Below are positions 34,065 to 38,606 of a stretch of 38,606 nt of DNA, one piece after another. Source of the stretch: Candidatus Limnocylindria bacterium (GTDB lineage Bacteria; Chloroflexota; Limnocylindria; QHBO01); contig JBKKBV010000035.1 in the NCBI GenBank assembly GCA_046713375.1, positions 1-38,606 of the forward strand, read 5' to 3'. Position 1 is the first letter of the stretch. Every line of letters starts with the position of its first letter. A program made the translations under genes and the position numbers. The notes under the pieces were generated by a model that made no database searches, was not told the origin of the DNA, and saw only the letters and a list, made by a program, of their open reading frames with translations.

Positions 34065-34117
34065 GAGGCGGGCAGCGAAGCAACCCGATCCCGCCTTCTC
34101 GACTACGCTCTTCGGGA

Positions 34118-34531
34118 ATGACCGAGGGCACCAGCAAACCACCTGCTCGCCTCCTACATGGCCATCGCACGCTGAGGGTCGCCTTCGCCGTGCTCCTGCT
34201 CGCGGTCACCGTCGGCTGTGTCGAGCAGGTTTCCGCGCCCGAGGACTGCGACGCGAGCAGCGTGGACCGCCAGGCGTCGCTCAGTGGCGATCGGCTCGAC
34301 CCGGAGGGGATCGACGTGTGCAAGGGCCAGGAGGTGACGATCGAGATCGCCTCGGAGCGCGCTGGTGAGCTCCACCTGCATGGCTACGACGAGGAGGTCG
34401 AGGCAGCGGCTGGCGAGATAGCAACCTTCGAATTCACGGCGACGCGAAGCGGCCAGTTCGTGATCGAGCTGCACGCTCCCGATGCGGAGACTGCGATCGA
34501 GGTCGGGCTGCTCACCGTCCATGAGCCGTAG
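34118..34531 (+). CDS. Lipoprotein with a small cupredoxin-like beta-sandwich domain
   Basis: It starts at MTEGTSK (ATG 34118). The lipobox is LLAVTVGC. The sequence GQEVTIEIASERAGELHLHGYDEEVEAAAGEIATFEFTATRSGQFVIELH resembles EfeO-type or cupredoxin_1-like domains, with His but no Cys ligand. The upstream 169 codons of the tracked ORF are Arg/Pro-rich and out of frame with the preceding gene. Confidence 0.68.
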   Translation: MTEGTSKPPARLLHGHRTLRVAFAVLLLAVTVGCVEQVSAPEDCDASSVDRQASLSGDRLDPEGIDVCKGQEVTIEIASERAGELHLHGYDEEVEAAAGEIATFEFTATRSGQFVIELHAPDAETAIEVGLLTVHEP

Positions 34532-36050
34532 AAGCCGTGCCAGCGCACCACTGATCGCGGGTGCGCTCCTGGCCTTGGCCCCGATGCCGGCGGCGGCGCA
34601 CGCGCTCGGCGGAGTGTTCACGCTCCCAGTCCCGCTCGGCCTGTACCTGATGGCGGCGGGGGCGACCGTCGCCCTCTCGTTCGTGGCCGCGGTCCTGGTC
34701 GTGCGTCCCGCCGGACCAATGCCGTCATACCCAACACGCCCGTTGAGTCCAGGCCTGGCACATACATCGCTGCTCGCGCTGCAGGTGCTCGGGCTTGCCT
34801 GGTGGTTCGGCGCGATCCTGCTCGGCCTGGTGGTTGACCCGATCTCTCCGTTCCCGGCGGTTCTGTTCTGGATTGGGATCTGGGTGGGACTCCCCATCGT
34901 CAGCGTCCTGTTCGGCAATCCCTGGCCCGCCATGAGCCCGTTCCGGACGCTGTTCACCGGCCTGGAGCGATTGGCCAAGCTGATCGGCTTCGACCGCCTG
35001 GATGCCGGGTTGCGCTACCCCGCTGCCCTGGGTCGCTGGCCGGCGGTGGTCCTCCTCGGAGGCGCCGTCTGGGCGGAGCTCATCCTCCCGGATCGGATTG
35101 CGCCGACTATGATCGCGCTCCTGCTCGGTGGATACACCGTCCTGACCCTGCTCGGCATGATCCTCTTCGGCCGCATCTCCTGGCTGCGCAACGCGGAGCT
35201 GTTCGAGGTGTACCTGGGGTGGTTCGGCCGCGTCGGGCCGATCGGGCGGCGCGTGGTGGTACGAGAAACCTGCGAGGGCTGCTCCGAAGAGTGTGACCCG
35301 GCACACTGCGTCGACTGCCCCGAGTGCGCCGTCGCCGCCGAGCCCGGCGAGCGCCGTGCCGAGCTGCGTCCCTGGTTTGCCGGCCTGACCGAGGTGGGCC
35401 GGGCGGGTTGGTCGGAGGCGGCCTTTATCGTGCTGCTCCTCTCCGCGGTGACCTACGACGGCCTGCAGGAGACGGCGCCGTTCGGATCGGCCATGAACCT
35501 CCTCTTCACCGCCCTGCTACCGTTGATCGGCGCCCTGAATACCGTGCTGGCGGTGCAGACCATCCTGCTGCTGGGCCTCTGGTTCGCCTTCATGGGAGTC
35601 TTCGTCCTGGCCGCATGGCTGACCCACCGGACGCATGACGCCGACCGGCAACCGCCTCCTCTCGGGAGCGTCGTCGGCGCCTATGCGGCAACGCTGTTGC
35701 CGATCGCCGGTGGCTATCTGATCGCCCACTACCTGACACTGGTCATCCAGGGCGTGATCTGGATCCCAACCCTGATCGTCGATCCCCTGTCGACCGTCGC
35801 ACCGCCGCTGGACTGGATACCGATCAGCGCGGTCTGGTACCTGTCCGTTGCGGCCATCGTGCTGGGGCACGTGGCGGCGGTGGTGCTCGCTCATCGCCGC
35901 GCCCTGCGCGAGTCGGCCCGGCGCCCGATCCTGGCCGGCCTGCCATTGGTGGTGCTGATGATCGGCTACACCGTGCTGAGCCTCTGGATCATCGCCCAGC
36001 CGATCACCCTGGAGCCAGGCGCCAGCCCGGCTGCTTTGCTGGTCCGCTGA
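34521..36050 (+). CDS. Polytopic membrane protein (about 10-12 TM) with a six-cysteine loop
   Basis: It starts at MSRRSRASAPLIAG, overlapping the lipoprotein gene by 11 nt. A signal-like N-terminus ends in PAAA/HALGG. The loop between TM helices reads RETCEGCSEECDPAHCVDCPEC (nt 35271-35327). I recognise no family. Confidence 0.8.
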   Translation: MSRRSRASAPLIAGALLALAPMPAAAHALGGVFTLPVPLGLYLMAAGATVALSFVAAVLVVRPAGPMPSYPTRPLSPGLAHTSLLALQVLGLAWWFGAILLGLVVDPISPFPAVLFWIGIWVGLPIVSVLFGNPWPAMSPFRTLFTGLERLAKLIGFDRLDAGLRYPAALGRWPAVVLLGGAVWAELILPDRIAPTMIALLLGGYTVLTLLGMILFGRISWLRNAELFEVYLGWFGRVGPIGRRVVVRETCEGCSEECDPAHCVDCPECAVAAEPGERRAELRPWFAGLTEVGRAGWSEAAFIVLLLSAVTYDGLQETAPFGSAMNLLFTALLPLIGALNTVLAVQTILLLGLWFAFMGVFVLAAWLTHRTHDADRQPPPLGSVVGAYAATLLPIAGGYLIAHYLTLVIQGVIWIPTLIVDPLSTVAPPLDWIPISAVWYLSVAAIVLGHVAAVVLAHRRALRESARRPILAGLPLVVLMIGYTVLSLWIIAQPITLEPGASPAALLVR

Positions 36051-36760
36051 TGGACGTCAGCCTGGCGCTCGCCTTCATCGCCGGCCTGCTGAGCTTCATC
36101 TCCCCGTGCGTGCTCGCGCTCGTCCCGGTCTACCTCGCTTTCCTGGGCGAAACGGCGACGGTCGACGGACCGGGCTCGGCGGCGCTGACCTGGCGCGGCC
36201 CGGTATTCGGCCAGGCGCTGCTGTTCGTCGCCGGCTTCAGCATCCTCTTCGTCCTGCTCGGCACCTCGGTCGGCCTGTTCGGGAGCGTCCTCTTCCGGAT
36301 CGACGGGGTTCGCCAGGTGGCCGGGGTAGCGGTGATCGCGATCGGTCTGCTGACGACCGGAATCTTCGGTCCGGTGCTGGACCGCTTCATGCGCTTGGGC
36401 GTTCGGGCCGACATCCTTCCGGCCGCACGATCCGTTCGCGCGCTTGCGCTGGGGGCGCTGGTCGGCGTCGGTTGGACGCCCTGCATCGGCCCCGTCCTGG
36501 GCGCCATCCTGACCATGGGAGCCTCGAGCCAGGACGCCTTGGTCGCGGGGTTGCTGCTGGTTGCCTATTCCGCCGGTCTGGCGGTCCCCTTTCTGGCCGC
36601 TGCCGTGGCGCTGCCCCGCATGAGCCCCGTGCTCAATGCCCTCCGCCGCCACAGTCGCTGGGTGCAGGTCGCCTCCGGCCTCTTCATCATGGCAATGGGG
36701 GTCCTGATCCTGACGAATGCCTTCGCCCGCATGGCGGGGCTCTTCACCTTCTTCATCTGA
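36050..36760 (+). CDS. ccdA: CcdA/DsbD-family thiol-disulfide transmembrane electron transporter (cytochrome c biogenesis protein transmembrane region)
   Basis: The N-terminus is MDVSLALAFIAGLLSFISPCVLALVPVYLAF, and the second conserved Cys lies in GWTPCIGPVLGAIL. There are six TM helices. The start shares 1 nt with the upstream stop (TGATG). Confidence 0.9.
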   Translation: MDVSLALAFIAGLLSFISPCVLALVPVYLAFLGETATVDGPGSAALTWRGPVFGQALLFVAGFSILFVLLGTSVGLFGSVLFRIDGVRQVAGVAVIAIGLLTTGIFGPVLDRFMRLGVRADILPAARSVRALALGALVGVGWTPCIGPVLGAILTMGASSQDALVAGLLLVAYSAGLAVPFLAAAVALPRMSPVLNALRRHSRWVQVASGLFIMAMGVLILTNAFARMAGLFTFFI

Positions 36761-36772
36761 CGAGGTAGACCG

Positions 36773-37096
36773 ATGCATCCCGCCGTCTGGCTCGCCCTCG
36801 CGATCGGCTCCGAGGTCGTCGCCACCGTCTCACTCAAGCTCTCGGACGGATTCACTAGACCGGTCCCGGCTGCTGTGGTCGTGGCCGGCTATGCCCTGAG
36901 CTTCTACGCCCTCTCGATCACGCTGCGGACCATCCCGCTGGGAGTCGTCTACGCGATCTGGTCGGGAGTCGGGACCGCGGCGGTCGTGGTGATCGGTCTC
37001 TTCCTCTTTCGGGAGTCGCTTGACCTGGTCAAGGTCGTCGGCATCGGCCTGATCATTGCCGGCGTCGTGGTACTGAATGGAGTGGCAACCGCATGA
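36773..37096 (+). CDS. Small multidrug resistance (SMR, EmrE-like) transporter
   Basis: 107 aa with four TM helices. It has the conserved membrane Glu in AIGSEVVATVSLK, plus the YAIWSGVGTA motif. Confidence 0.9.
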   Translation: MHPAVWLALAIGSEVVATVSLKLSDGFTRPVPAAVVVAGYALSFYALSITLRTIPLGVVYAIWSGVGTAAVVVIGLFLFRESLDLVKVVGIGLIIAGVVVLNGVATA

Positions 37097-38064
37097 GCGC
37101 AGATTCTCACGGCACACGGCTGGGCATCCTGCTCTGGAGCCAGGCGACGGACTGGGCCTCGTTCGAGACCGCAGCGCGGCGCGTCGATGCGCTCGGGTAC
37201 GAGCACCTCTGGACCTGGGACCACCTGTATGCCATCTTCGGCGACCCGTACCAGGCGGTCTTCGAGGGCCACACGACGCTCGCGGCATGGGCGATGGTCA
37301 CACGCAAGGTTCGGCTGGGACTGATGGTCGGCGCGAACCCCTTCCGCAACCCCGGCCTGGTCGCGAAGATGGCGACCAACCTGGACCACATGAGCCAGGG
37401 GCGCGCGATCCTTGGTCTGGGGTCCGCGTGGTTCGAGCTCGAGCACAACGCCTACGGGATCGAATTCGGCAGGAGCGTCGGCGAACGGCTCGACTGGATG
37501 GACGAGGCGGCCGATGCGATCCGGCACCTGGTTGATGGGGAGGAGTTCTCGTCGACCGGGGGGAGACGCTATCGATTCGAGCACCTTCGGATGGACCCCG
37601 CGGCGCTCCAGGCGCGGCTGCCGATCATGATTGGCGGCGGCGGCGAGCGGAAGACACTGCGAACCGTCGCGAAATACGCCGACATGTGGAACGCGATGGG
37701 CAGCGTCGAACTGCTGCTTCACAAGGACGAGGTGCTCCGCGCGCACTGTGCCGCGGTTGGCCGTGACTCAACCGATATCGAGCGTACGACCTCCTGCAAG
37801 CCGGTCATCCGCACGACTGAAGGGGCGGCGCGGCGCGTCTGGGAGGCGCAGATGGCGCACAACCGGACGCCGATGTCCGAGGTGGAGGACGACGAGACCT
37901 TCTGGGTGGGTACGCCGGAGCAGCTTGCCGAGCGGATGATCGCCCGGCGCCAGATCGGGTTTCATACCTTCATCGCCGAGATGGCGTCGCCGTACGATGA
38001 CGAGACGCTCGAGCGCTGGATCGGTGAGGTCAAGCCGATGGTCGACGCCGCCTCCACCTCGTAG
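37093..38064 (+). CDS. LLM-class (luciferase-like) flavin/F420-dependent oxidoreductase
   Basis: 323 aa. The blocks GYEHLWTWDHL, LGLMVGANPFRNPGLVAKMATNLDHMSQGRAILGLGSAW and IMIGGGGERKTLRTVAKYADMWN are typical of F420-dependent LLM oxidoreductases. It has an ATGA overlap with the SMR gene. Confidence 0.87.
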   Translation: MSADSHGTRLGILLWSQATDWASFETAARRVDALGYEHLWTWDHLYAIFGDPYQAVFEGHTTLAAWAMVTRKVRLGLMVGANPFRNPGLVAKMATNLDHMSQGRAILGLGSAWFELEHNAYGIEFGRSVGERLDWMDEAADAIRHLVDGEEFSSTGGRRYRFEHLRMDPAALQARLPIMIGGGGERKTLRTVAKYADMWNAMGSVELLLHKDEVLRAHCAAVGRDSTDIERTTSCKPVIRTTEGAARRVWEAQMAHNRTPMSEVEDDETFWVGTPEQLAERMIARRQIGFHTFIAEMASPYDDETLERWIGEVKPMVDAASTS

Positions 38065-38167
38065 TCTGCTGTACCGCCGGCGACTCGATCCGGGTCAAAA
38101 GGAACGGAGTGGGAACCGCGACCGCCCAAGAGGACGCGGAACCCACCCCGAAAGCGGGAAGCCTGGA

Positions 38168-38371
38168 TTAGCTGCCGGTCGGCAGGATGCTCTCCACGAG
38201 GCTCTCCAACGGCGCAGTGCTATCCGATGGCGTGCCCCCGCCACCGCCGTTGAGCAGGAACCACCAGATAAGGAAAGCGACGATGATCACTGCCAGGATC
38301 AGGCCGACGATCATGCCGGCCCCCATTCCGTCCGAGCTATCGCCCGGCACATTCACATTCGTCTGACTCAT
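38168..38371 (-). CDS. Small single-TM membrane protein
   Basis: An ATG at 38371 is preceded by the strong RBS AAGGAGGAG. The product is MSQTNVNVPGDSSDGMGAGMIVGLILAVIIVAFLIWWFLLNGGGGG.. (67 aa). The longer tracked ORF start lacks an RBS. Confidence 0.6.
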   Translation of the reverse strand: MSQTNVNVPGDSSDGMGAGMIVGLILAVIIVAFLIWWFLLNGGGGGTPSDSTAPLESLVESILPTGS

Positions 38372-38606
38372 GGGCTTTGACTCCTCCTTGTGAGGGGCGA
38401 ACCGTGTGCAGTCCACCCGAGACTCACCCATGGTAATGCGGCGAGGTTGCAAGCGCGTAGCAAATTCGAGAAGGCTCGTGCCGCAAGACAGACATTAGAG
38501 CGGACGAGTGGCGCCCCCGGAGGCCGCTCGAGCCCTACTCGGCCGCACAACCGTCACCGCTCAAACTTGACCCAACAAGGAGGACCCGCACAGAGCCGCC
38601 CTTCGG

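Noticed and set aside
33611-34117. The N-terminal 169 codons of tracked ORF 33611-34531, and similarly 11737-12288 of ORF 11737-12885
   Set aside because: These extensions are Arg/Pro/Ala-rich and overlap better-supported genes in other frames or strands. Credible lipoprotein and membrane-anchor starts lie downstream, at 34118 and 12289/12355.
38372-38606. The terminal 235 nt of non-coding sequence, with a TTGACC box and AAGGAGG near the window edge
   Set aside because: No start codon follows the AAGGAGG within the window. No recognisable -10 box lies at the right spacing. I could not match any known RNA family, and the window ends too soon to interpret it.
1-38606. Window-wide look for a Ku gene, cas genes, reverse transcriptase, toxin-antitoxin pairs and known defence cassettes
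   Set aside because: No ORF translation showed the corresponding motifs. Absence judged by eye is not proof, and an HMM scan (PADLOC/DefenseFinder/Pfam) should confirm it.

Overview
This is a high-GC bacterial chromosomal window, roughly two-thirds G+C by eye. Its gene content resembles Actinomycetota or Chloroflexota: an F420-type LLM oxidoreductase, a three-domain LigD, DUF3090, a DUF881 pair and CcdA. I support about 40 protein genes, one intact tRNA-Val(GAC), one duplicated tRNA fragment, two pseudogene remnants and two hairpin/palindrome sites.

I found no CRISPR array, rRNA, transposase, integrase, reverse transcriptase or recognisable toxin-antitoxin or defence cassette. Many long ORFs in the track are GC-rich antisense or out-of-frame artefacts, for example the 1131-aa ORF opposite the helicase gene.

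Most of the window looks like ordinary housekeeping and envelope genes. The observations most worth a second look are:
1. A 48-nt direct repeat of the tRNA-Val 3' half bounds a 1.3-kb decayed islet (20475-21904).
2. An overlap-coupled operon (34118-38064) encodes a cupredoxin-like lipoprotein, a polytopic membrane protein with a six-cysteine loop, CcdA, an SMR pump and an F420-type LLM oxidoreductase.
3. A co-directional gene train of about 10 kb with almost no gaps (23464-33505) holds an orphan peptide-type SBP, an MA peptidase, DUF881 x2, TldD/PmbA, DUF951, an MFS transporter and a processive GT2.
4. A single-polypeptide Dna2/AddB-like Fe-S nuclease plus SF1 helicase (7570-11130).
5. DUF3090 is translationally coupled to a Cys-based phosphatase (11123-12243).

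I cannot show that any of these is a new system. All family assignments come from motif reading by eye and need HMM or BLAST confirmation.
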